Source: Treponematales bacterium
GTDB lineage: Bacteria; Spirochaetota; Spirochaetia; Treponematales; UBA12059
Direction of reading: 5' to 3'
DNA: 32,595 nt
Assembly: GCA_041741035.1 (NCBI GenBank)
Contig: JBGSKZ010000366.1
Location: 1 to 32,595, forward strand
Shown: positions 24,254 to 32,595 of the stretch, in pieces
How positions within the stretch are numbered: the first letter of the stretch is position 1
How the letters are laid out: each line of letters begins with the position of its first letter
Translations under genes and position numbers: made by a program
Notes under the pieces: generated by a model
Database searches by the model: none
What the model saw: only the letters and a program-made list of their open reading frames with translations
What the model was told of the DNA's origin: nothing

Positions 24254-26944
24254 GTGGCCGATCAAATCCTGCGGGCGAAAGTACGGATTCCCAAGCCCAT
24301 GCGGGGGCTCCTTCCCCGCCCCGAGCTCATCCACAAGCTCGAGACCTGCCTCGGCTCTCCCCTCGTCCTCGTTTCGGCGCCTGCCGGCTTTGGCAAGACC
24401 TCCCTTGCCACGCAGTACCTGGCCTCCCTATCAGCGAACCCTGCCGGCGCGGCGCTTCCAGGACCGGCTCCGCGCATAGCCTGGGTATCTCTTGAGAGGG
24501 AGGATGATGATCCCGTGCGCTTCTGGGGCGCCGTGGCCGGAGCCCTTGAGCTCGCCGCCGTGGAACCCGAGGAAAGCTCGCCCTTCGCGCCGCTGCTCTC
24601 CGCTACGAGGGCTCCCCAGCCCCCTGCCACCAGGGAACTCGCCGCCGCGCTCGCGGAGGCTGTAGACTCCATAGACGGCCATAGCCTGCTCGTGCTGGAC
24701 GATTTTCACCTCATATCTTCGCAGGAGGTCCTCGGCTCCTTTGCGCGCTTCGCGGAGCGCCCGCCAGAACGGCTTCGCATTATCATACTGTCCCGCTGCG
24801 ACCCGCCCCTGCCTATGGCGAGGCTCAGGGCGGGAGGCATTATCGCCGAGATACGCGCCGAGGATCTTCGGTTCACGCCCGAGGCGGCGGCGTCCCTGTT
24901 AAGCGGCGCCGCGCTTGATAGGCTCAGCCCGGAGCAAGCGCGAAAAATCGCCGACAAGACCGAGGGCTGGGGCGCCGGTCTCAGGCTCGCCGCGATATCC
25001 CTTGGAAGAAAAATGGACGTCGAAGCTTTTATCTCCGGCTTTTCAGGCGGCGACCGCTTCGTCCTTGAGTACCTGACCGAGGAAGTCTTGGGCTTTCAAT
25101 CGGAGGAGACGCAATCCTTCCTTCTAAGAAGCGCCGTACTGGAACGCTTCTGTGCCGAGCTTTGCGACGCCGCGATAGGGCCGGCCGGCGGCTCGGCCGC
25201 GATGATCAAGCGTATCGAAACCGCGGGCCTCTTCCTCGTGCCGCTCGACGACGAGGGGCGCTGGCACCGCTACCATCACCTGTTCGCGGAAACCCTCCGC
25301 GCTCGGCTCCGCGCCTTGGCGCCGGGGGCCGAGGCGGAACTGCTCGCCAAGGCGGCCGTCTGGCATGAGTCGCGCGGGAATCGGGAGTCGGCCCTGGATC
25401 TTTACCTTCGCGCCGGAAACAAGGTAGAAGCCGCGCGCGTCTTAGAAGGAATCGACTTCCTCCGCAGCGGCGAGCTCGCCACCCTCGACCGTTATCTCGA
25501 GGCCATAGGCGAGGCCGAGATACGCAAGCGCGCCCGCCTCGACGACCTAGCCGCCTGGGTACGGTTCTTCCAGGGCCGCATTCCGGAGGCAGAGTCCTGG
25601 ATGGCCAAGACCGCCCCGGATATCGAGCGCTTTGGCGGAAAGGACGGGGCCTACATGAGGGGTAGCTATGCCGCGCTGCGCGCGTTTATCCTGCTCCTTC
25701 GGGGAAGGAACCCGGAGGCGGCCGCCGAGGCGAAGGCCGCGGAGGCCGATCTCGCGCCTAGCGACTATTATCCGCTCGGCGTCGTATTTTTCGCGCTCGG
25801 CGTAGCGCTTAGGGCGGAGGGCCGCTTCAAGGCCGCGTATGCCGAGTTCGATCGCTTTCGAACCCTGGGCGAGAGCTATGACAGTCCCTGGCAGGTCGCC
25901 GTCGCGCGCTACGAACTCGGCACTACCGCCGCCATCGCAGGCAGGCTTCACGATGCTGAGCGCTTCTTAGAAGAGGCGTTGACAGACGCTTCGAGGGGCA
26001 AAGCCCCCTTCGGCTCCGTAACGAAACTCAGGGCGGCCTACGCGGACATCCTCTACGAGCGCGGCGAGGTCGAACGCGCCGAAGGCCAGGCGGCGGAAGC
26101 CCTGGCCGCCACGCAAGCGGGAGGAAACCCGAACACAGGGCTCGAGGTATATGCCATCCATATACGCCTGCTCCTCGCAAGGCGCGAACTCAGCGAGGCT
26201 AAGCGATTCCTGGAGCGGGCCGCCGAACTAGAGGCCCGCGGCGGGATCCTGCCGCGCCTCGAGGCGTCGATCCAGGATCTTCGCGCCCGCGCCGCCCTGT
26301 TTTCCGGCTCCGCCGAAGCGTCGCCCTGGCCGATTCCGGATCGTTGGCGCGACGACGCTAGCGCGATGGGCACGGCCAGAAGCGGCGAGATCAAGCGCCT
26401 CCTGGCACGCGGAAAATTTGACGAAGCCCTGCCGCTCGCCCGGAGCCTCGCGGCGGAAGCGGCGGCGGGCGGCTGGGGTCGGCTCTTCGTGACGGCTAAG
26501 GCCCAGGAGGCTCTAGCCTTCGCCGGAACGGGGCATGAGAAGGAAGCGCTGGACGCCCTTGACGAGAGCCTTGAGCCCGGCATTTCCGAAGGCTATTTCA
26601 GCAGCTATATAGATCAGGGCGAGGGGCTGCGGCCGCTACTCTCCGCATTCATCCGGCGCAATGGCGGAACCGACGCGGCCTCGGCCCTTGCGGCGAGGCT
26701 CCTGGCCGCCCTGGGAGACCGCGCCGGCGAAGTGCCCGGGTCGGCGCTCGCCGGCATACTCAGCGCCCGCGAGTGCGAGGTCGTCGCCCTCCTGTCTGAA
26801 GGCCTATCGAACCGCGCGATCGCCGAGCGGCTCTTCGTATCGGAATCCACCGTGAAGACCCATTTCTACCACATCGCGGCTAAGCTCGAGGCTCCGAACC
26901 GCGTGGCCATCCTTGCCCGCGCCCGCGAGCTCGGCCTGCGCTAA
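24254..26944 (+). CDS. MalT-like ATP-dependent LuxR-family transcriptional regulator
   Basis: Walker A APAGFGKTS, Walker B LVLDDFH, TEGW, RYHHLFAE, helical TPR-like middle, LuxR HTH LSARECEV...SNRAIAERLFVSESTVKTH. Confidence 0.92.
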   Translation: MADQILRAKVRIPKPMRGLLPRPELIHKLETCLGSPLVLVSAPAGFGKTSLATQYLASLSANPAGAALPGPAPRIAWVSLEREDDDPVRFWGAVAGALELAAVEPEESSPFAPLLSATRAPQPPATRELAAALAEAVDSIDGHSLLVLDDFHLISSQEVLGSFARFAERPPERLRIIILSRCDPPLPMARLRAGGIIAEIRAEDLRFTPEAAASLLSGAALDRLSPEQARKIADKTEGWGAGLRLAAISLGRKMDVEAFISGFSGGDRFVLEYLTEEVLGFQSEETQSFLLRSAVLERFCAELCDAAIGPAGGSAAMIKRIETAGLFLVPLDDEGRWHRYHHLFAETLRARLRALAPGAEAELLAKAAVWHESRGNRESALDLYLRAGNKVEAARVLEGIDFLRSGELATLDRYLEAIGEAEIRKRARLDDLAAWVRFFQGRIPEAESWMAKTAPDIERFGGKDGAYMRGSYAALRAFILLLRGRNPEAAAEAKAAEADLAPSDYYPLGVVFFALGVALRAEGRFKAAYAEFDRFRTLGESYDSPWQVAVARYELGTTAAIAGRLHDAERFLEEALTDASRGKAPFGSVTKLRAAYADILYERGEVERAEGQAAEALAATQAGGNPNTGLEVYAIHIRLLLARRELSEAKRFLERAAELEARGGILPRLEASIQDLRARAALFSGSAEASPWPIPDRWRDDASAMGTARSGEIKRLLARGKFDEALPLARSLAAEAAAGGWGRLFVTAKAQEALAFAGTGHEKEALDALDESLEPGISEGYFSSYIDQGEGLRPLLSAFIRRNGGTDAASALAARLLAALGDRAGEVPGSALAGILSARECEVVALLSEGLSNRAIAERLFVSESTVKTHFYHIAAKLEAPNRVAILARARELGLR

Positions 26945-26966
26945 ATCATCCCTCCATAATACTTCA

Positions 26967-27013
26967 AATCATACTTTTGGCCGATTCAACCGCCCGGGGC
27001 TTAGCGTCATGCT
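26967..27013 (+). promoter_or_regulatory. Putative LuxR-type box 2 plus -10 of a leaderless promoter
   Basis: AATCATACTTTTGGCCGATT (26967-26986)-21 nt-CATGCT-6 nt-ATG(27020). Confidence 0.55.
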
Positions 27014-27019
27014 CCCCCT

Positions 27020-27253
27020 ATGGACAGAAAAAGCTATGAGATTCGCGTGCAAGGGACCTTTGACCACGGGTGGGCCGACTGGTTCGGAGATCGTGAACTC
27101 CGCGAGGAGGAAGGGGACACCGTCCTTACACTCCGTGACGTCGACAGCTCCGCCTTCTACGGCGCCATGGCTACCCTTGGCGCTCTGGGCAGGCAGTTCG
27201 TCTACGCCCGCGTATGCGACCCCTGTCAAAGGAGGAATCATGAAGAGAGCTAG
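27020..27253 (+). CDS. Small hypothetical protein of the type found beside MalT-like LuxR genes
   Basis: YEIRVQGxxDxxWxDWF...TVL...DSSAFYG...LG pattern recalled from such loci; fills the gap between regulator and esterase. Confidence 0.75.
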   Translation: MDRKSYEIRVQGTFDHGWADWFGDRELREEEGDTVLTLRDVDSSAFYGAMATLGALGRQFVYARVCDPCQRRNHEES

Positions 27254-28520
27254 CAAGCTGACCATGGCCGCGACTACGATCGCGGCGGCGGTCCTGGCCC
27301 TCGGCGGCTGCCAGAGCGCGCCTCAGGGCGGAAGCCTCGTAAGCGGCTGGGTAGCCCCGGGCTTCGAGGGCGTACGGGAAGAATTCGAGCGCAACTTCGC
27401 CGAGCGGGGCGAGTCGGGAGCCGCTTGCGCCGTTTATTGGAAGGGCGAAAAGGTGGTCGACCTATGGGGCGGATACCGCGACGCAAAGACGAGGGCCCCC
27501 TGGCAAGAGGACACGATGGTACTCGTCTTCTCCGCCACCAAAGGCATGGCCGCGATGACCTTTGCCCACGCCCGCTCGCGCGGCCTCATCGATTACGAAG
27601 AACGGGTCTCCGCGTACTGGCCGGAGTTCGCCCAAGCGGGCAAAGAAGCCATTACGGTTCGCCAGCTTTTAGCGCACGAGGCCGGACTTGTCCTCCTGGA
27701 TGAAGCCCTGCCGGCCGACCGGGTCATGGACCATGAGTTCGCTTCCGCCCTTCTTGCCAAGCAGAAACCCTATTGGACGCCGGGCGAGCGCCATGGCTAC
27801 CATTCCTCGACCATAGGCCTCTATATGGCCGAACTCCTTCGCAGAGTCGATCCCGCCGGCCGCAGTATCGGGCGCTACTTCGCCGATGAGATAGCCGCTC
27901 CGCTCGGCCTTGAGTTCTACATCGGCTTGCCCGCGGAGATTCCCGATTCACGCGTCGCCAAGCTCATCATGACCAGCCCCGCGGCGGGCCTTTTCAATCT
28001 CAGGAAGATGCCCAAGGGAATGCGGGCTAAAATCCTCGACTTGAATTCCTACATCATGAAATCTTTCAGCATCCCCAAGGACTACGATCCTAGCTCCCGC
28101 GCAGGCTGGACTATCGAGCTGGCCGCCGGCAACGGCATAGGCACGGCGCGCTCGATGGCCAAGGCCTATGGAGAATTCGCGACGGGCGGCGAAACGCTCG
28201 GCCTCGGGGCGGACACCCTCGCCCTACTTGAGGCGCCGCCCGCGACTCCCCCGGCGGGACCGCTCGACGAGGTCATGGGATTCGATTCCTGGTATTCCCT
28301 AGGCTATATGCGCCCCGGCCCGGCCCTCTCCTTCGGCTCTAGCCCAAAGGCCTACGGCACGGCCGGCGCTGGCGGCAATTTCGCCTTCGCCGACCCCGAC
28401 GCCCAGCTGGGCTTTGCGTACCAGATGACTAAGATGGGCTACTACGCGAGCGACGATCCCCGGGAAAAGTCACTGCGCGACGCCGTCTACGCGGCCATAC
28501 GCGCCCAAGGAGGCCTCTAA
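27240..28520 (+). CDS. Serine hydrolase lipoprotein (beta-lactamase class C / family VIII esterase-like)
   Basis: AGGAGG SD before ATG 27240; lipobox LGGC; VVDLWGG, FSATK (SxxK), LLAHEAGL, GYHS, GAGG. Confidence 0.88.
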   Translation: MKRASKLTMAATTIAAAVLALGGCQSAPQGGSLVSGWVAPGFEGVREEFERNFAERGESGAACAVYWKGEKVVDLWGGYRDAKTRAPWQEDTMVLVFSATKGMAAMTFAHARSRGLIDYEERVSAYWPEFAQAGKEAITVRQLLAHEAGLVLLDEALPADRVMDHEFASALLAKQKPYWTPGERHGYHSSTIGLYMAELLRRVDPAGRSIGRYFADEIAAPLGLEFYIGLPAEIPDSRVAKLIMTSPAAGLFNLRKMPKGMRAKILDLNSYIMKSFSIPKDYDPSSRAGWTIELAAGNGIGTARSMAKAYGEFATGGETLGLGADTLALLEAPPATPPAGPLDEVMGFDSWYSLGYMRPGPALSFGSSPKAYGTAGAGGNFAFADPDAQLGFAYQMTKMGYYASDDPREKSLRDAVYAAIRAQGGL

Positions 28521-28951
28521 TGAGACGGCCCGCCCGTAGCCGCGCCGCCGCGCTCGTAACCCTAACGGTTGCCGTATTTACGGCCGTAATCCTCGCCGGC
28601 TGCTCTGGCATGCTCGTCATGGCCCCGGAAGCCTGGACCGACGCTATTCCCGCCTCGCTCGCGGCTCTCCCTGGCAAGCCCGACGGCGAGTACCGCGGAT
28701 CGTACACGATAGCCCTGCCCGCAGGTGCCTTCGCCGCCTTCCGTCATGTCGCCGTGGACCTGAGCGTAGCCTCGGGTTCAATCACGGCGATCGAGCTCGT
28801 CGAGCCCCAGGTCATGCAAAGCGCTGAATTTTTCCGCGAACTGCCGGCGAGGATAATCGCCGCGCAAAGCCTCGATGTCGACGTCGTCTCCGGTGTTACC
28901 TACACCTCGAAAGCCCTGATGAAGGCGGTACAAGATGCCCTTGAAAACTAA
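28520..28951 (+). CDS. FMN-binding domain lipoprotein
   Basis: Lipobox LAGC; DGEYRG, IIAAQSLDVDVVSGVTYTSKALMKAVQDAL. Confidence 0.82.
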   Translation: MRRPARSRAAALVTLTVAVFTAVILAGCSGMLVMAPEAWTDAIPASLAALPGKPDGEYRGSYTIALPAGAFAAFRHVAVDLSVASGSITAIELVEPQVMQSAEFFRELPARIIAAQSLDVDVVSGVTYTSKALMKAVQDALEN

Positions 28952-29531
28952 GGCGGCGCGGCTCGCGATCATTTCGCTTTTCATTCTGGCCTTGCTCGCC
29001 CCTGTTCCCCTTGCAGCCCAAGGCAGGACAGCCTATGTCGACCTCGCGGCCGCAGGCCTGGGCGCGGCTACGGGGTCCCTGCACCTGCGCGGGGGCTTGG
29101 AGTTCCCCATCGAAGACCTTTGGTCGGTGGTGCTCGAGCCTGGCCTCTACGCGGCCGGCACCAGCGACATGCTCTCTCTGCAGCTCGACCTATCTGGAAG
29201 CGCGCGCTGGCGGCCCGCGGGTTCCCTTGGATTCTTCGCGGGATCGGGAGCCGGAATCGCCGCGGCGCGGGCATCCGCCGCTCCCTGGGCATCAGAATCG
29301 GCGGGTTACAGCCTGCTCGCTCTCAAGGCCTTCGCCCTAGCCGAGGCGGGCTGGTCCCTTGGCAAGGCCGCATCGACGATACGCGTCGAACCCTATGTCC
29401 GTTGCGCCTTCGCTTTCGGCCCGGAAATCTTGGGAGGCACAACTGCCGGGGCGCGGCAGGGAACTGAATGGGGATACGCAATATCCGCCTTAGCGGGCCT
29501 CCGTCTCATCTGGATACCGCCCGCGCGATGA
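28935..29531 (+). CDS. Secreted hypothetical protein, possible small outer-membrane beta-barrel
   Basis: Signal peptide, alternating strands (GGLEF, GFFAGSGAG, AEAGWS, VEPYV, AGLRLIW); start could be TTG 28941. Confidence 0.5.
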   Translation: MPLKTKAARLAIISLFILALLAPVPLAAQGRTAYVDLAAAGLGAATGSLHLRGGLEFPIEDLWSVVLEPGLYAAGTSDMLSLQLDLSGSARWRPAGSLGFFAGSGAGIAAARASAAPWASESAGYSLLALKAFALAEAGWSLGKAASTIRVEPYVRCAFAFGPEILGGTTAGARQGTEWGYAISALAGLRLIWIPPAR

Positions 29532-29568
29532 GGGAAGAGCTGCGCCGACAAAAAAAAGGAGGATAAGC

Positions 29569-30318
29569 ATGAAGATCAGCTATGACTCTGGGCCTAAAGA
29601 TGCTCCGTGCGTCGTATTCGTGCACGGAGCGGGAATGGCCGGATGGATGTGGAAAAAGCAGCTTGATATCGTAGCGTCTTTGAGGACCATCGCCGTCGAT
29701 CTACCAGACCACGGGCTGGATAGAGCAACGCCATTTATGAGTATCGAATCGGTCGCCGATGATCTGGCCGCTTTGATAAGGGAATGTTGTCTCTCAGGCA
29801 AGGCCCGGCTCGTCGGCCATTCTCTCGGGGCCAAGGTCGTCCTCGAGACGCTGGTTCGACACCCCTCGCGCGCGGCGAGCGCAGTGCTATCCAGCGCCTT
29901 GGTCCGTCCCTCAGCCCTCGCGGCTATGATGAACAGCCACGCGCTTAACGGGCTGAGTCTCTGGATGCTCAGAAGCGATTGGCTCGCGCGCTTGCAGGCC
30001 CAAATGTTCAAGTTCCCCGATCCCGACATGACGGATCGCTACCTGTCCGATATACGCTCGATGAGGACGGAAAATCTTGACAGGCCTGTTAGCGCGTTCG
30101 CGTCAAGTCTCTATCTCCCGCAAGGCCTCGATAGGATAGCATGTCCCGTGCTCGTCACGGCCGGGTCGCGGGAAACGCTCTCTATGCTCGATTCGGCCAA
30201 GGATATACAGAACGCGATTCCAGGCGCAAAGCTTGAAATACTGCATAATGATGATCACACATATCCATGGAGCGATTTCGAAGAATACAATCGCCTGCTG
30301 GGAAGCTGGTTGCGATAG
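29569..30318 (+). CDS. Alpha/beta fold hydrolase
   Basis: AGGAGG SD; FVHG, DLPDHG, GHSLG nucleophile elbow, C-terminal His (DDHTYP). Confidence 0.88.
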   Translation: MKISYDSGPKDAPCVVFVHGAGMAGWMWKKQLDIVASLRTIAVDLPDHGLDRATPFMSIESVADDLAALIRECCLSGKARLVGHSLGAKVVLETLVRHPSRAASAVLSSALVRPSALAAMMNSHALNGLSLWMLRSDWLARLQAQMFKFPDPDMTDRYLSDIRSMRTENLDRPVSAFASSLYLPQGLDRIACPVLVTAGSRETLSMLDSAKDIQNAIPGAKLEILHNDDHTYPWSDFEEYNRLLGSWLR

Positions 30319-30582
30319 CCGCTAAGCTAGCGGATATAAGCCGCTTTCCTTCGAGCCTGGGCGTGGGCTTCTGCGCGGCGGACCGGGAGCTACGCCTCAC
30401 GCCAAAGAATTACTTTGACGATGCCCTGAATATAATCGGGCAGGGTTCCGACCAGCATAAGAATGAACACATCGGGTAGACCGGCGGCTCAGCTGTAGGC
30501 CATAGATAGGGGATATTTTGCGTAGCAATGCAGATACGGCGAGAACATAATCTCTGCTTGCGTTATGACAAGCTTCATAACG

Positions 30583-31155
30583 CTAAAAAGGCTTGTATAT
30601 CATGAGCGCGAAGACGATCACCAGAGGCGCGACGCCCGCCAAGCCTATCTTCCAGCGCAACTTAAGGAGCTTGATCAGCTCCTCGGGTAGGGCCGGGTCG
30701 GCGGGGTCGAGCGCGGCCATCAGGCGCTTGACCTTGTACTGGGTGGGGATATCGCTCGCCACCCATAAGGCGCCGGAAAGCAGAAAAAGTATGAAGCCCG
30801 CGGAAAGCCAGCCTATGCTCCACAGATCGCCCATCATGAAGCTGAGGGCTAGCCCTGAGACGAGCGAGAGTATGATGAGGGGCGACGAGAGGCGGGCGTC
30901 CAGCCAGGCTACGGTGCCGTAGGTATGGAGGATCAGCTCTTTGTTTCCTGATTTCAGGCAGCGCATTTCCCAGAGCATGCCCAGCGCGGCGTTTGCGAAG
31001 AACAGGGTACTCGCCACGATGTGGACAAAAAGGGCATGGCTGCGTAAGGAGGGCCTGTTCAAGAGGGCTATAAACTCCGCCCGGAAAAAGAGGGCAAAGG
31101 CTATCAATCCCGCCATGACGGCCAGGAAGCCTATTAGGATATGCTTAGTCTTCAT
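30583..31155 (-). CDS. DUF2269-like membrane protein
   Basis: About 5 TM helices, HIVAS near the start, C-terminal LMIYKPF. Confidence 0.7.
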   Translation of the reverse strand: MKTKHILIGFLAVMAGLIAFALFFRAEFIALLNRPSLRSHALFVHIVASTLFFANAALGMLWEMRCLKSGNKELILHTYGTVAWLDARLSSPLIILSLVSGLALSFMMGDLWSIGWLSAGFILFLLSGALWVASDIPTQYKVKRLMAALDPADPALPEELIKLLKLRWKIGLAGVAPLVIVFALMIYKPF

Positions 31156-31254
31156 GATTCCCTATTGGAGCATATCCAAAGATTGATTACAATAGCCGCG
31201 ATAAGCGCGACGCAATGTATGAACGCTTGCTAGAGTACTATCGGAGGTCAGCGT

Positions 31255-32295
31255 ATGCCGAAGGGTAAAGGATGCCGTTACGGCAGTCACCGGGTTCTAG
31301 ATTCCAGGAAAATACTGCCTCAGCCTGCCATGAAGCTGGACAACAGCATGGAGATTTATGACAACGAAGTGCTTATCGACGTGAGCACCCTCAACATCGA
31401 CTCCGCGAGCTATACGCAGATACGCTCAGCCTGCGCGGGCGATGCCGCCAAGATGCAAGAGATGATCCTGTCCATAGTGGCGGAGCGGGGGAAGATGCAG
31501 AATCCCGTAACCGGCTCGGGCGGCATGCTTATCGGTACCGTACGCGAAGTGGGCCCGGATTTTCCCGATAAAAAGCTAAAGCAAGGCGATAGGATAGCCA
31601 CCCTGGTTTCCCTTTCCCTTACGCCTTTGAAGATCAGCCGCATACGTAAGCTCGATCCGGACCATGACCAGGTCCATGTCGACGCCCAGGCAATATTGTT
31701 TGAAAGCGGCATCTACGCCAGGGTTCCCACCGATATTCCGGAAAACCTCGCGCTGGCCGTCCTCGATGTAGCCGGCGCCCCGGCGCAGGTCGACCGCCTA
31801 GTAAGGGAAGGCGATACGGTGTGTATCATAGGCGGAGGCGGCAAGTCCGGCGTCCTATGCTGCCACCAGGCCATGAAGAACGCCGGCCCCTATGGCAAGG
31901 TGATAGTCGTGGAGTATTCTCAGGCGAACGCCCAGCGCATCATCGACATGGGGCTGGCTACCCACGTGATCGTGGCTGACGCCACGGACGCCATAGACGT
32001 GTACCATAAAGTGATAGCCATAACGGGCGAGCGCGGCTGCGACGTTACCATCAACAACGTGAACGTTCCGAACACTGAGATGACCTCCATACTCATTACC
32101 AAAGGACAGGGGCTCATCTATTTCTTCTCCATGGCCACGTCCTTTACCAAGGCGGCGCTGGGAGCCGAGGGCGTGGGCAAGGACATCGAGCTCATCGTAG
32201 GCAACGGCTATGCCAAGGGGCATTCCGACCTGGCCTTGAACATCCTGCGCGAATCCGCCGGCATACGCGCGCTCTTCGAGAAGCTGTATCTCTAA
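31255..32295 (+). CDS. kdd: L-erythro-3,5-diaminohexanoate dehydrogenase
   Basis: GCRYGSHRV, LNIDSASYTQI, RGKMQNPVTGSGGMLIG, TLVSLSLTPL, FFSMATSFTKAALGAEGVG, GNGY; GGAGG SD. Confidence 0.92.
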   Translation: MPKGKGCRYGSHRVLDSRKILPQPAMKLDNSMEIYDNEVLIDVSTLNIDSASYTQIRSACAGDAAKMQEMILSIVAERGKMQNPVTGSGGMLIGTVREVGPDFPDKKLKQGDRIATLVSLSLTPLKISRIRKLDPDHDQVHVDAQAILFESGIYARVPTDIPENLALAVLDVAGAPAQVDRLVREGDTVCIIGGGGKSGVLCCHQAMKNAGPYGKVIVVEYSQANAQRIIDMGLATHVIVADATDAIDVYHKVIAITGERGCDVTINNVNVPNTEMTSILITKGQGLIYFFSMATSFTKAALGAEGVGKDIELIVGNGYAKGHSDLALNILRESAGIRALFEKLYL

Positions 32296-32326
32296 GCGCT
32301 ACTCCGAAGCTTGAGTCTTTGATGGC

Positions 32327-32387
32327 AGGAACGCCAGCCGCAACGCCTGAGCCTAGCGGCTTGCGCTATCGGCGCTGGCGTTTTCCT
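32327..32387 (+). terminator. Stem-loop after kdd, possible terminator
   Basis: AACGCCAGC...GCTGGCGTT inverted repeat ending in TTTTCCT. Confidence 0.35.
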
Positions 32388-32477
32388 CCTCAAGAAACAG
32401 TCAAGACGGCATGCGATGGACCTTTTTTACTTTTTCATTAATTGACAAGGCGAGTCAGGGAAACGAAACTTAATGGT

Positions 32478-32595
32478 ATGAACGCGCGAATGCATGCAAT
32501 GGATGCTCGGAGCCTTGCTCGGCGCCGTGCGTCGACAGCTTTGTACGCGGCGCTTTTAGCCGCCGCCTTCGCGGCCCTCGCTGCCGCCGGCTGCG
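32478..32595 (+). CDS. 5' part of a probable lipoprotein (runs off the window)
   Basis: MNARMHAMDARSLARRRASTALYAALLAAAFAALAAAGC; preceded by TTGACA(32442)-17 nt-GAAACT-7 nt-ATG. Confidence 0.6.
   Translation, partial: MNARMHAMDARSLARRRASTALYAALLAAAFAALAAAGC

Noticed and set aside
26913-27239. 109-aa N-terminal extension of the esterase ORF
   Set aside because: Overlaps the regulator and the 77-aa gene; SD and signal peptide point to 27240
30319-30559. Short ORFs or a pseudogene between the hydrolase and DUF2269-like gene
   Set aside because: Only short hydrophobic fragments with no start signals or recognisable family
30560-30583. Integron attC site or terminator (GCGTTATGA-CAAGCT-TCATAACGC)
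   Set aside because: GTT precedes AAC (wrong order), it is too short, there is no integrase and no U-tract; kept only as a 3' hairpin
31169-31188. Third LuxR box (AATCAATCTTTGGATATGCT, minus strand)
   Set aside because: Right arm GATT is missing and it is only 13 nt from the start codon
1-32595. CRISPR array, tRNA/rRNA, IS element or prophage genes
   Set aside because: No regularly spaced repeats, cloverleaf, transposase, integrase or phage motifs seen by eye

Overview
GC-rich chromosomal window from a bacterium that is probably a spirochaete (inferred from the 'FAAGSKE' binding-protein signal, lipoproteins alongside a barrel-like protein, and Firmicutes-like YesM/YesN sugar sensing). 1-11.4 kb: L-rhamnose-type catabolic cluster with rhaA, a class II aldolase, a divergent NagD-like HAD phosphatase, a CUT2 sugar ABC transporter and a binding protein + YesM-like kinase + YesN-like regulator. 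11.6-15.8 kb: DJ-1-like lipoprotein, thioesterase, DUF819-like membrane protein, acyltransferase and GNAT. 15.8-20.1 kb: aconitase-IDH-citrate synthase operon. 20.3-21.4 kb: RIO1-like kinase behind a long structured leader that carries an SD-led 21-aa uORF ending in -LVAA. 21.5-31.2 kb: accessory-looking block around a MalT-like LuxR regulator, with an ICMT-SRPBCC fusion, a hidden 77-aa protein, an esterase lipoprotein, an FMN-binding lipoprotein, a barrel-like protein, an alpha/beta hydrolase and a DUF2269-like protein. The window ends with a lone kdd and a truncated lipoprotein gene. Best leads: the RIO kinase leader, the LuxR module with a shared AATC-N12-GATT box, a shared direct-repeat box for the YesN-like regulator, and frequent leaderless promoters. 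I saw no rRNA, tRNA, CRISPR array or transposase. Family calls come from recognised motifs, not database searches.
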